DNA of 63,736 bases, the filler included, from Craspedostauros australis (taxonomy: Eukaryota): the NCBI GenBank assembly GCA_030167865.1. It is 20 parts of 20 records of this genome, joined end to end, with 100 filler letters (N's around TTAATTAATTAA, not from the genome) between each part and the next. Parts side by side here need not be neighbours in the genome. Positions count along the whole stretch, not along the records: positions 11,470 to 33,715 come from JALAGF010002139.1; positions 33,816 to 35,442 come from JALAGF010002140.1; 18 more parts are not named here. One strand, written 5' to 3'. Position 1 is the stretch's first letter. The number at the start of each line of letters is the position of its first letter. Below, in pieces: positions 22,922 through 35,542 of this stretch. The position numbers and the translations under genes were made by a program. The notes beneath the pieces were generated by a model. The model saw only the letters and a list, made by a program, of their open reading frames with translations, made no database searches and had not been told where the DNA came from.

Positions 22922-25900
22922 TGGGGTGGAGAAGAGACGACAAGAGAAGAACGACCACTTTCGCATCTGCGAGCCACAGCTGAGATGTCACTTCTTCTCC
23001 TTGGCAACAGATGTCTGACATCGATGTGCTCATTTCCCATGCGCGTTTCCTTGCGATGGTTGCTTTGGCCGCTCCATTGGACAAGAGGGGCGTCAGCAGT
23101 GAACGAAAGCAAGGCCCTCCTCCTTTTCTGCTGGTCCCAAAGAAAGGCTCGATAGCCCATCCGGACGAAGAGAGGACGCGATTGTCGTTGCGACCATGCC
23201 GTCCCTGTTGGGCATAACATGGCGTGATAGACCATACGCATCACAAGAGTAAAGTTCGAGTAAATGGGTGAAGTATCGCAATAGCATCGATACGCGCACG
23301 CGTATTCGCACGACACACTCAACATCATCTGCATTGGCGACCTTCGGCTATCGCTGTTCATTGGCGTTGGATGACTCTGCTCGTGCACCGGATGTTCGAA
23401 CAGGTCTCCGCATCGAGCACATGCCAGCTGCTCTTCGCGATCTCGACTTTCATTCAACAGGACAGAAACAGGAGAACGCAGAGACAGCAGGCATGCGATG
23501 TTGGCTGTGGAGGCCTTGTCTTGCTCATACTTGTCGCACTTCTGAGGGCAGACGCCAACCGAAAGCCGGAGCGCCTGCACACAAGCTGGCAGTGGAGGCA
23601 GTCGGCGTTCTTGCTCCTGTCGCTGCTGCGCTGTCCCTGTTCCTACGAGTAGTCGTACGAGTGTCCTGGTTCAGCAGAAGAGCAACAATCACGCAGGATC
23701 TTCAAGGTTGTTCCTTCAGTCATCGGCACTGCCTCCGAAGCACCAAACATCAGCACCTTTTACGCATACTCGTATAAAATGACCTACTCTACGATCTGCT
23801 CTGCGGTTCTTCGCCGCCAGACGGGTACACGTTCGTATCCGCAGCACGTTGTTGCTGAAGGGTTCAAGTTGGCGCCGCCTTGATGCTCCACACAAGGTGT
23901 CCGCGCATTGCTTCGCAAGAGAGTGCAGCCGCAGCCTGATCGTAGGTCGTACGAGTGCCAAGAGGAACATCTCATTTTGATCCATGGATGCGGCATCATC
24001 ATGGGGTCCTTCTCCGGTGTCTTTCCTCTCTTGGAGCAAGGATGGTGTGGCACCGCCTTCCTCATCCAAGCGAATTGATGGGCTCTGCGCGGGAGTGTGC
24101 GAAGCCTCCCTTCCATCTGGTTGCGATGGGAACAAACGACTCCGCCCAACCATCTTGCTTGGGCGAGCGCATCAGCATCCGTACAAGCAAAGAGAGACGA
24201 GCGTAGAACCGCGCAAACGCGACAGACTGACCACAGCGGAACTAATAATCCACTGTTCCCCCACCCTCCGCTCTTCTTTGCTCCTTCTTGTCCTCCAGAC
24301 ACAGGTACACAAGTGCTCCTGTCCTCTGTGGGTGTAGGGGGGTGGACTTGGTACTGGTACGACTATTACGAGCTACTATACTCTGCAAATGCAAGTCCTC
24401 TACCAAGAGAGATCTCGGTGAATCACGCGATGAGATGTCAAGCGCTCACCATCCTCCGTACCCTCTCTGCCAACATGGTGGCCCGCGCTCATCCATGGCC
24501 AAACCCACCCCTCGCGGCTTTTGGAGCATTGTCAACCAGGCCCTTCGGCTCTCTGCGCTGATGCCACGGACGGGCCACAAAATTCCCATTTATTCCGACA
24601 TGGATGATCTGTCGAATGATGCCCCTGATAGAAAAGCTCGGTGGGAACCATCACCGTCGTCGCCATCTGCCAGTGTCTTGGCGACGTGATGATTGCAGAA
24701 GCAAGATCAGGACCAGCAACCAGGAGGAAGGAATTTACATCGTGTTCATCAATCGATGAGAGAGAAAAGATGACCCACTCCAGATGGCATCTTCCGTGCC
24801 GGCAGATTGATGAGCGAACGGAGATGAATGTGGAGTACGATCTGCATAGTGCACGAGTTACATATTATGGCACTACGACTATGAAAAAGAATGAGTGGAT
24901 AGCGCGAACAGCCAAAGTGGAAGTACCAAGAGGCACGACATGAACTGGAGCGGAGCTTTTGATGCTCATTCTGGCTTCACTCCACCACGCTCTCCCCGAC
25001 TTGCGTCTTTCTCCTCTTTCCCTCCCTTACTCCTTGGCTCTTGCTCTCTCTGTCGCTCCCCATGCTTGTCCACTATCGTTCATCGTGGGAGAGTCAAGAC
25101 GGAGACGTCCGCACCCGCACCAGTGTCCATGCGGAAGCATCACGAGATAAAATATCTTTTGTCGAAGATCACCCAAACAACAGCGAGCAGAGTAAGATAG
25201 CGCAGAAAGGAATTGCGATTTTATCATGACGAGGCAGTGGCAAGAATAAAGATCCCAAGAGGCTCCGGCGATGACCCGAAGAGATGGCGAAAGGGCGGAG
25301 TGGTCACAGGCTGCGGACGCCAAAAGGATCAGCCCGGAAAGGCAAGATCGGCAAAATGGCTCTCCTCGTGAAATGGCCCTGCGCAAGTGTCCACTTCACC
25401 TCGCCCCAAGCCTGCTTTACGATCACCCAATCACCCTTGGGTGTCCCTTGCCAATACTCGTGCCGTGGACTCTGGAAGACACGATCCCATGACCAGCAGA
25501 TCTCACCCAGGCCGATGACCACCAAGGCAGAAGAAGAGATCACGGTGAAGTGCCCGAGACCGGCGCCAAACACCAAAACCAAGACTAGCGGCAGCAACCG
25601 CGGAGGGGCAGTTAATCGTCAACCCGTACCAAGATGTTCCTGATACTCCTCAGCAACAAGTCGGCGCAACGATGAGGTGAGAGAATGCGATAGAACAGCA
25701 CTGCCTTGTCGTTCGTTACCACACCTTGCTCCTCGTACTTCATACTCGTATAGCAGAGACGGGGAGGGAGGGAGTACTGGAGCGGTCGCAAGAATACGAT
25801 TGTGATGGATCCTGCCACCCACTCTACTGCACGCGCACGTCAAGAAGACCAGAACAAGAAGCAACAGGCCATGGCTCAGGAGTAGTAGTCGTAATCCCAT

Positions 25901-27788
25901 CTGCCTCCTCTTGTGGGGCAAGCTGGCAAACATAGGTCATGCCTGCCAATTCCGCTGAGACAGACCAATTACTCTGCGAGATCGTGTTGTGAAGAAATCA
26001 GTTTCCCTCCACCGACAAAATGTGAGGCATGGGCGGAGCGTCGGTGTGTCACTCTTCTTTTCCGCGCATGGGGTATAAAGGACGTCGCAGTTGACAACGA
26101 CAAATAAGCTCGACCTTCCGTTCTCCTCGCGAGGTTGTGATGACGGGCGCTTTTTCGGCCTTGGAGGAACATCCATTCTTCAACCAAAATGAGATGGTTT
26201 CTTTGTGGATGGAAGTAACCGGGATTACATGATGACGAAACCCCAAACAAACCTGTTGGGATAGATGCGAACAGATCTTGAGTTTTTCGATTGGTGGAAG
26301 CCACAGTCATTCTTGCTTTCACGCCGGCGTCTAATTGGTCAGATTGGTGAAAGTCTGTTGGGAAATTGGAAACATCAGTGGAGAGTGTTGTGTGCAGTCT
26401 TCGCAGTTCGGTACTGGACCAACGTTGACGTACAGTTTTCGCGCATGGCCGGACGAGTTTTCCTGATTCTGGACGGAACATGACAGGGGCGTAGCAGTCG
26501 CGCGTGGTGAACAACGAGCGAATAGAAGTTGTCACCTCAGCGCTCTCGGAATCACACGCACAGGCAGGTATTCGAATGCCATCAGAGACGGAAGAAGGTG
26601 ATCGTCGCTTCGTGGGTGGCGGCATCGCGAAGCCTTAACCATGCACCTGCGCCCTTGACGTTGTTAACCGCCGCTGGTCGCCAAACCAGAAGATACAGCG
26701 ACGAACCCGATCGTGCGCTGCAAATTTCCGGTGGCTCGTGCACACGAGGAGCCGCGCAAACGACGCTGTGGAGTACACGCAACTGCGTCTTCATCACCAT
26801 CTTCTCCCCTTGCCTTCCCGGCCGCCTCCATCCGAGCAATCGATGAGCGAGCGCCGTCGACCAGAGCAGCAGCAACAGCGATAGCAACAACAGAGGCAAG
26901 CAAGGCGACATCTCCACCCTTTGAGCAACGAAGCGACGGTATCGTTGTCTTCGTGCGAGCCCATCCATTCTTCCCTTTCTCTCGTGGTATAGTCGTACCT
27001 GTAAAGATTGACATTTCCACCCGTCCGCCGGAGACATCAGAGACATCGGAAGCCAAGGAGGCCTGCCCAAGCATCTGGATTCATTTTCGCGTTGACAAAC
27101 AACCCCACTGCACGGGCAATAGTCCTAGTACACGACGTTTGGTGTCGAACCAGAAAGTATCCGCACCGGAACAACGGCAGCTGCTGGAAACAAGCGTATC
27201 ACTGGTCCAGTCAACCGACGTCACACGGCAAAGAGGATAAAACTTCCCAGTCATTCCGAAACACAAGAAGCGCAATTCGACGACCAGTCATTGTCCCGGA
27301 CAAGTTTGCCTCCTGCTTCCAACACGACATGGGCGCCTTCGTAGCAGTTTCTACCTATTCGTGTTCGCACAGTACTGGTCGGTGGTACTGAGCAGTAGTA
27401 CCTCACCGTACTATCCTACGTCGTGCGTTGGGCACACGCGCGTCCAGCATCCTCTTCGCCACCGCGCTCCATCCCGCCACGCCGCGTCACGCCCAACGCA
27501 GAAAGGCGCGAGGCCTTTTCCATCCCATCAGCAAAGAGAAGAAAGATCACCAAGAAAGACTACACGCAAAAATACAGCGAGGACAGCAACAAGAAACAGA
27601 AAGGAACAACGGCGGCGTCCAGCGCAGAGGGGCAGAGAATTCGCAAAACCAAAAACGCAGATCAATTGCTCATAAAACCAAAACCGGGATACTCACACAC
27701 CCGCACAGCAGCCACAGCAGCCACAGCAGCCACAGCAGCAGCTACATCACATCAAACACAACCAACAACAAAACCAACACATACCACA

Positions 27789-30180
27789 ATGGGTTACGAG
27801 GATCATGAGACCGACGTGATCATCGCGATCACCGCATACGGATGCTTGATCGTCGGAACAGGAATCTGGGCCTACTTTCGCGAGAGGAGCCAGAAGAAGC
27901 AGGAGCACACCGACGAGATGACCGCCCACTACCTGGGCGGCAGAAGCTTCGGCCCCATCGTCATCGCCAGCACCGTCTTCGCCTCCCTCTTCAGCGGGTA
28001 CAGCATCGTCGGTGCCCCCTCCGAGGCCTTCTACAAAGGATGGTTCAGTCTCACGTGGCTCGTCTCCCTCATCGGCATCGTCGCCGGCTACGCCGCCACC
28101 GGACCACGTCTGCGCCGCGCATCCGAGCTCAGGAACCACACCAGCCCAGTCGACTTCATCACCGACCGATTCCAGTCGCAGTACTGCAAATTCGTGATGC
28201 TCTTCCTGCAGATCATCCCCACCGTCATGTTCCTCGCAGGACAGATCATTGCCTCTCAGTGGTCTCTCAACCAAGTCTTCGGCCTCGATGACGACGACAA
28301 GACCGCTGCCACCATCACCGTCTTCATCGTCCTCATCTTCGAGTGGGCTGGAGGCCTCAACAGCGTCGCCCTGACCGACTCCATCCAGGGATTCGTCATG
28401 CTCATCGCCTACTTCGTCATTCCCATCGCCATCACCTACCACTTCGGAGGATGGGGCTCGCTCGACCCAAAGACCTACCCAAGACCCGACTTCTACCAGA
28501 CCCTCGACAAGGAGGACCAGTGGGAGTTCTGGCAGTTCGCCGTCCTCAACCTCGCCTTCTTCAGTCTCCCTCCGCTCATCCAGCGCACCTACGCTGCTTC
28601 CGACATCAAGTCGCTCAAGGTCGCCTACGGAGTGCTCCTCTTCGGTTCCTGGATGACTCAGATGGTCGGCATCTTCATGGGAACCATGGCCGTCCAAGCC
28701 ATGGGACCAGGCGTCTTCCCGCAAAGTCCATACAATGCCATGCTCGAACTCATGATGGTAAGACAACACACACACGCTCACACCGTCACACACGCACTAT
28801 CACACATGCACTGTATTCATGGCCAATCCAATGTGCGCACAACGCATTGCAATACCCTGTCGTTTGACCTGCAGCCTGCGACATGCCTCCAATCACAGAC
28901 TAACACATCCTTCCCGATCCCCAATCTCAAACCGTATCGTCCCCAACCCATCACGCGAGCAGGACAAGGGCGGTATCTCCAAGATCGCGGCCGTCGTCAC
29001 CGTCACCGCCTCCCTCGCCGCCGTGATGAGTACCGCAGATTCGCTCATCATCGCCACCTCCCAGCTCGTCACCAAGGAACTCTACATCCCAGCTGTGGGC
29101 AAGACCAGCAGACTGGCCACCGACCACGCACTTGGCTGGGTTGGACGCCTCGTCTCTCTCCTCACTGTCATCGTCGCCCTCGTCATGGCCTTTGACTGGG
29201 ATATTGAGGTCATCGACCTTATCATGATCCAGATCAGTCTTTCCTTCATGACCTGCCCAGGCTTCATCATCGGAATGTACGGAAAGTGGAACTGCCACCC
29301 ATGGTCCATCGCGAACGGAGGACTGGTGTCTGCCATCTACATCTTCGCCTTCCACGAGGCCTACGTCAGAGAAAACCCAGACGCAAAACCAATCAACCAG
29401 GGCGTCAGCGGAGTCGGAATCAACCTTGTTGTCATCTTCTTCTGCGAGGCGATTCGCATCATGTTCTTCCCATCCCCAGACCCAGGTGAGCAGTCCCAGA
29501 GCATGTCCACCAGCGCCACCCGCATGAACTACAACACCGAGGAAGAGCTCAGCGAGGACAACAACAGCGATGGCAACTCCTCCAACGGAGAGACCGTCCT
29601 CAACCACCCCAACCGGCCACAATGGGATGTCCCAGACCTCTCCGGATTCGGAAAGAGATCGCTCACATGGCAGTACCTCGAGGCATCGATGGAAGGCTCG
29701 CACGAGATCATGAAGAACGGCTACTGGGTCATCTTCATGCTCCTCATGATGTCCCTCGCTACCCCGCTCACGCCCGAGAACGAGCCAGCCTTCGGCGCCG
29801 ATGGCCAGTTCACTTCTGAGCCATACACCATCGGAGGCATCCCGTGGTGGGCTTTCAAGACCATCGTCATCGCTGCCATCCCGACCGTAGTCTTGGGCTA
29901 CGAGATCACCAAACTCCCGGACTCCTTCGACGATAACTTCGACCCAGACAACATGCACAGAGCGAAGTTCGCCAAGCGCGAGAGCGGCGCGGATTCCTTC
30001 GAAGACCTCAAGGGTGGAGACGTCGACATGGACGAAAACGCCAACCGTCACATGGAGAAGTCCAACAACCAGACAGTCACCCACCGCACGCAGCCTTACG
30101 CAGCCCACGTTTCGCAGACTGGCGACGTCAAGGTGCTCAACAAGCGCAACACCCAGGACACCGACGACTTTGACGGCTAA
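27789..30180 (+). CDS. Sodium:solute symporter (SSS/SLC5 family); 2 exons, 27789-28757 and 28963-30180
   Basis: HYLGGRSFG, ASLFSGYSIVGAPSEAF, GGLNSVALTDSIQG, IQRTYAA, AAVMSTADS and many TM helices. A phase-0 GTAAGA...CAG intron (28758-28962) joins the two ORFs in frame. Confidence 0.92.
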
Positions 30181-31881
30181 TCTGGCTTCGATAGTGGAAG
30201 CCAGGTATGCACAGCCGAGATGACACTTCTGGATACGCACACACGGGCATACCAAACTCCAGAAACAGTCAACACAACACCATCATGCGCGATGGGAGCG
30301 CATCACGCCCACAAGGGTTTGCACCACACACCTACATAATCCATGGAGAGCCACAGCACAGCGAAACGAGATCCACACCGCACCTGCGCCAACCATAGGC
30401 ACAATGCCGATCGGGGGAATCCGCTTCTGTGACCAGCAAAGCCAAAAACAAACACGTACTAGTATTATATTACATTTGCATTTTCGACTTGTGCCAGTCT
30501 GCAGATAGGATGCTGCCGTGATGCCCAGAGCATCCCAGCATGGTTGGCAGGAGCACGCCCATGCGCTGTAGCTCATGCTCGGGGTGGACTCCATTCCTCC
30601 GACGACTTCTCTTGCCTGCGCTGTGGGACGGCGATGCTGTGCAAACCGCATCTTGGGAACCCTTGGCCGCATCGCCCAAAGCAAACAGACGCGCCCATCG
30701 CTGTTCAATCGCCGCCAAAGAGGCTTCAACGGAACCATCACAAGTACTCGTGGAACCAAGGGGACGCCTCCCAACAGGTGCACCATGCCATGCATACCCA
30801 TGGGAGTGCGAGCCATGGGAGGATCCGAAGTTCCTCTTCCACAGATCACTTTTGCCTCTTGTCGCATCATTTCTCGCCGTCCGTGGTCTGTTTCTCTCCT
30901 GGGCGCTGGCTGTGCCAATGAAAACCCACCAAGGGGCAGGACTGCGAATGTACCCGACAGAGGGACTGTTGGGGGTCATGCTTTCCCATCCAAGAGGGAG
31001 GAGCTAACAAACTTATTTGCCGCAGCCAATGTTGTTGCCATGTCGAAGTTCCTCAGGCCATCTCGACAAAGTGCTGAGAGATGCCTCTCCAGAGATGTGC
31101 GAGTGAGGGCACGAGTGTGCAATGGAGAGATGCGGGGCTATCCTCGCCTATCCTGTAAGAATTCCGCTTGTTTCCATGCTTGAGCTTGTTACACCAAAAT
31201 AGAAATGCCCTGGCGGCGGGTCGTGAAGAAAGGGAGGATCGCGCTGGTGCACTTGTCGACTGTCCTGTCCACTGTGCACGAGTAGGTACGCGCGTGTCTC
31301 TTCCTTGGGTGTCCATACGATTCTGGGCAAGAATAACCCAGAAAACGTGAGCATCGTGTTGACGCTTGTGTGGAGTGGACTTCGCGGTGCGCCTAAGATC
31401 AGAAGATCGTATTGAAGAAGTTGGGTGGCGGTGAGTCCGGTCAGTCCGGCGAGCCAAAGGGAGAATTGTCACTGGCATGCCAGAGCTACCAACATGGAGC
31501 GCACACGGAGGGTTCGGATTTGAAGACGCCTGTACAAGAGGCAGATATCCCAGGCAGTCCCTATCCAATGGAGTCATGTGATGGATCAAAGCTTCATGCA
31601 GCATCGTCAATGCGGAGGCATTGTCCGTTTTTGTTCGTCCCGAAGGCCCATGACGTCTGTTTACAGCACCGTGAGCCGTTCGCGTCCTAGGTTGGGTTGG
31701 TCAGTTGGTTTGTCTGCTATTTGGGAGATGTTCATTCGTTCATGATCACAAATTGTGGCTGTGGCCAAGATTGCATTCTCGGCATCCGCATTGATGCGCT
31801 TACGGATGCATCCACCAACCGCCGACCTTCAATCATCCATGATCGCCATCCCATCACACCGACGCTGACATTCGTGCATCA

Positions 31882-32871
31882 TCATGACGATGACACGTCC
31901 TCCATGGAGCTGGCCGCTTGTCGCCAATGAATATCCTCCGCTCCGTAGAAACGCGCGGCGTACGCCTGCTGCGTCCATGGCTCCTTCTGGTGCACGGCAT
32001 CCCCATCCGTCGGGCGGAGGAGCAGCAGATGGATGAGATGGTACTCGCCGTTCGGATGAGGAATGGGATCTCGTGTCACCACCGCATCATACCAATGGAG
32101 ATTGTGATTGTGGAGCGGCAGTGTCTGTTGCTGCTGCTGCTGCTGCTGCTGCCCCTGAAGCTGTTGCTGCTCATCATGATGCCGTTGATCCGTCGTTTGT
32201 TGGTACGCCTGATCGATTCCATACTGCACGGCCATGCCATTGCGCAAGGTCTGCAGTGACGGTGCCACGAACTCATGCGGTTGCGCCATACCGCGTCTCG
32301 TCATTGTTTTGGGATGATTACCGGAGGCCACGCCGCGCAACTTCGATGACGATGGTGGCGAGGCTGCGTGATTGTCTCTTCGCAATCGATCCTCTGGTTG
32401 CTGGTGATGATCGTGATTGCGAGGCTTCGGATGATGCAGAATGTGCGGATTCTGCGAATGGTCATGTTGCTGTTGCTGCTGATATTGATAGTGCCGCTGA
32501 TGCTGATGATGGTGGTGCTGCTGGTAATGCTGCTGGTGCTGTGGCTGTGGCTGCTGGATCAGCGTTCCCAGCAAGTCGAACTTCCCGTAGATGATATAGA
32601 TGCTGAGGTAAAGAGCCGAAAGCATCATGTCAAGAACCACGCATGCCTTCAAGCACGTCGACACTCGCTTGCTCTTTGGTGGAGAAGGCACGGGTCGTTG
32701 TTCATCGCAAGTGAATGCAACAGGGCATGGTGCGAACGATGACGACGGTTTCTTCAGCGGAGATGATGACCGTTGCTTCAGAGGCGATGAGTTGCTGCCT
32801 GTCGGGATGATGATGGAGGAGGAAGAGGAGGAAGAGGAGGAAGATGCTGCCGTTGCCGTCATGTTGTTCAT
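31882..32871 (-). CDS. Hypothetical Q/H-rich single-pass membrane protein (3' end uncertain)
   Basis: 329-aa ORF with poly-S, one hydrophobic segment (CVVLDMMLSALYLSIYIIY) and poly-Q/H tracts; no recognisable domain. Confidence 0.45.
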   Translation of the reverse strand: MNNMTATAASSSSSSSSSSIIIPTGSNSSPLKQRSSSPLKKPSSSFAPCPVAFTCDEQRPVPSPPKSKRVSTCLKACVVLDMMLSALYLSIYIIYGKFDLLGTLIQQPQPQHQQHYQQHHHHQHQRHYQYQQQQQHDHSQNPHILHHPKPRNHDHHQQPEDRLRRDNHAASPPSSSKLRGVASGNHPKTMTRRGMAQPHEFVAPSLQTLRNGMAVQYGIDQAYQQTTDQRHHDEQQQLQGQQQQQQQQQTLPLHNHNLHWYDAVVTRDPIPHPNGEYHLIHLLLLRPTDGDAVHQKEPWTQQAYAARFYGAEDIHWRQAASSMEDVSSS

Positions 32872-33815
32872 CGTGATCTTGAAGGGAGGATTCGTTACGG
32901 TATTTTGCTGTGCTGTGCTCTACAGAGTATGTGTATGGGTGTGGGTCGGTGTGTCGGTATGTCGGTGTGTATTTGTGCAGTTGCGTCGTTGTGCGTTTGT
33001 GGCTGATGCTCTGGGTTGATGTTATTGATGACAGGGTCTTCTTTCGTGCTACTCTATACCCGTGTGGCTCTCCCTCGTTCTTGATCTCTTGGTCCACCTT
33101 GCGGTGAGAAGTTGGCTGATGGTGCACTGTGGACTGTGGAAGATGTAAGATGCAGGATGTGCAGAACACCAGTTGCGACTCCATCCGATGAAGATGATGA
33201 ATGTCAGGAACATCTTTGCACAACAAGAGTGTCGGCGACGTTGTTGCAGATGGGCACCAACGACATTGACAACGACATTGACAACGACATTGACAACAGA
33301 TATTCTCAACTCACATGCATCCAACAACGACGACATTGACAACAAACGGAGGAGCAAGAACAAGAACAACATCAACAACTTCTCGTAGCTCGTACCACAC
33401 GAGGACCCACCAACGAACAACATGTGGCGTACTACTACGAGTAATTCCCTCCAGCCACAAGACAACGAACAAAAAACGGGGAAAGGAGGAACACACACAA
33501 CGACCAAAATGTGATCGTTGTGTTGTTGGTTGCGCACTTATGGCATTCCGTTGTTGTGAAAACGCTCAAATAACGTCGGAAGCGTGGTGTGGAACGGAAT
33601 GTGCGTGAATCGACTGAAATGGATAGAATTATTGAATTATTTGTATTTTCACGAAAATGAGTCATGGTCATCCACGAGCCATCGGAAGGATAGAATGAAT
33701 GACAAATTGGGACAGNNNNNNNNNNNNNNNNNNNNNNNNNNNNNNNNNNNNNNNNNNNNTTAATTAATTAANNNNNNNNNNNNNNNNNNNNNNNNNNNNN
33801 NNNNNNNNNNNNNNN

Positions 33816-35442
33816 GAGCTGCGAACACGAACGGAACCGGAGTTGCCAGCGGACCCGGAATGCGGTACAGTGCCGCGCGCCTCATCCGTCGATGCCGCAA
33901 GTTGAGATTCAATGAGGGACAGACTACCACCGAACACGGTGTCAACCAGATGGGAGAAATTCTTGTTTTGGCGCGAAATCTTCCGACTTGATCGACCACC
34001 AAATCTTTTTCTCCTCCTTCCTCTCCTCCATTCACGAATCCATCATGACTCAAACATGACCGACCTGACTCACACCTCACCTTGGGAACTATATGCTCCT
34101 CAGATCCTTTTACTACAACATACCTCGATTCCCTTCANGCTGACGACTACTGCATCATTGCCGTAGTCTCAACGTGTGTATCCAACTTGCTTCAACTTGA
34201 GCAATGGAATCCGAGGGTCAGCTCCAGCCACAACCACTGCTTCATGACTGTCACCAACATGCGTCATGGCCTATGCTACAGTGTATCTACATGTGCGGAG
34301 AGCAAGGCACTGCTATGATCATCTACTCTGAGCACTGAACCAAGTACATCAGTGCAGGGTCTCGCCAAGTTGTGTGGCATCGTTTCTTCACCCTACTAAC
34401 ACTACAAGCTAACTCATAATAANNNNNNNNNNNNNNNNNNNNNNNNNNNNNNNNNNNNNNNNNNNNNNNNNNNNNNNNNNNNNNNNNNNNNNNNNNNNNN
34501 NNNNNNNNNNNNNNNNNNNNNNNNNNNNNNNNNNNNNNNNNNNNNNNNNNNNNNNNNNNNNNNNNNNNNNNNNNCGAATCCTAACTGGTAGCTGCGAGTG
34601 GTTGCCAAATACTCTCTTATCAACTCCACCGAGCATCTTCCTCTGCCAACCGATCGCAAGAGTCTCTCTGAGACAAAGCCAAAAGGCACAGCTCGCAGAC
34701 CGAGCTTCCAACAAGGACCACGTCCTCATCGAATGAATCTGATCTGAAATCAGACACCCACCGCTCGAAAACCGAGCCACTCAAGAGGACAAAAGTCCCA
34801 GCTGAAGGTAAGCGACCCAAGGTCGAACTTCAGTAGCCTCTGCCAAAGCAAGCAACAACCGCACTCGCCGACCGAGTGCGAGCCTACCCAAGCCTGCATC
34901 GAACTTCAGTGCACACCTTCCCAACGAAGTGAAGCCGAGCAAGAGCAAGAGAAGGCAAACAGATCGATCCCCTCGAAGTCCTAAGACAACTCGAGAAGTC
35001 CCCGCCATCCATCATGGCGGAAGAGACAAACCCTGCCACGCTGGAAGAGCTGCAAGCGCAGCTCGAAGCGATCTCGGTCGAGAACGCCCGCCTCACACAG
35101 GCGACGTTGACGGCCGAAGCCGCTGCAGAAGCAGCGAACGCGGCTGTAGCCACTGCCCAAGCAGCAGCAACAGCCACCGCGACTCCAAGCCGCTCCGGTC
35201 TCGGGCGCAGCCGATCAGTCGGCGCCACACGAACCCGAACGGACCAGTCCTTCTTCAACGACAGCATCTTCGACATGGAAACTCCCATGCCCAAGAAGAA
35301 CAGAAAGCCAGAAGAGGACAGCGAAGACGACGACCTCGACCTCTCTGGGAAACCAACTGTTCCCATCATGGGAGGCATCCTCAAGCAAGGACGCAACTGG
35401 GTGCCCTGGACCGCAGGCGCACCAAACGGACATTGGACCGGC
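33816..35442 (+). mobile_element. 5' part of a CoDi-like copia element: probable LTR, PBS, leader and gag start
   Basis: PBS at 34586-34603. ORF from 35014 has a coiled-coil/Ala-rich start and the MGG....WVPWTAGAPNGHW motif I associate with diatom copia gag N-termini. LTR limits could not be determined. Confidence 0.75.
34586..34603 (+). promoter_or_regulatory. Primer-binding site complementary to the 3' end of an initiator tRNA-Met
   Basis: TGG-T-AGCTGCG-AGTGG-TT matches the pattern CCA + discriminator A + 7-bp acceptor strand (A1-U72) + 5-bp T-stem strand + AA of the T loop. Confidence 0.75.
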
Positions 35443-35542
35443 NNNNNNNNNNNNNNNNNNNNNNNNNNNNNNNNNNNNNNNNNNNNTTAATTAATTAANN
35501 NNNNNNNNNNNNNNNNNNNNNNNNNNNNNNNNNNNNNNNNNN

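Noticed and set aside
22384..23580. 398-aa minus-strand ORF overlapping UTP23
   Set aside because: Antisense to a conserved gene, runs through a simple repeat and has no motifs.
27747..30255. Long minus-strand ORFs (348 and 434 aa) opposite the symporter
   Set aside because: Shadow ORFs produced by the strong C-ending codon bias of the real gene; the same applies to 12471-13088 opposite PrxQ.
33259..33342. 12-bp CAACGACATTGA repeats, plus similar short repeats at 19976-20010, 20950-20971 and 38029-38061
   Set aside because: Ordinary micro/minisatellites with no further structure.
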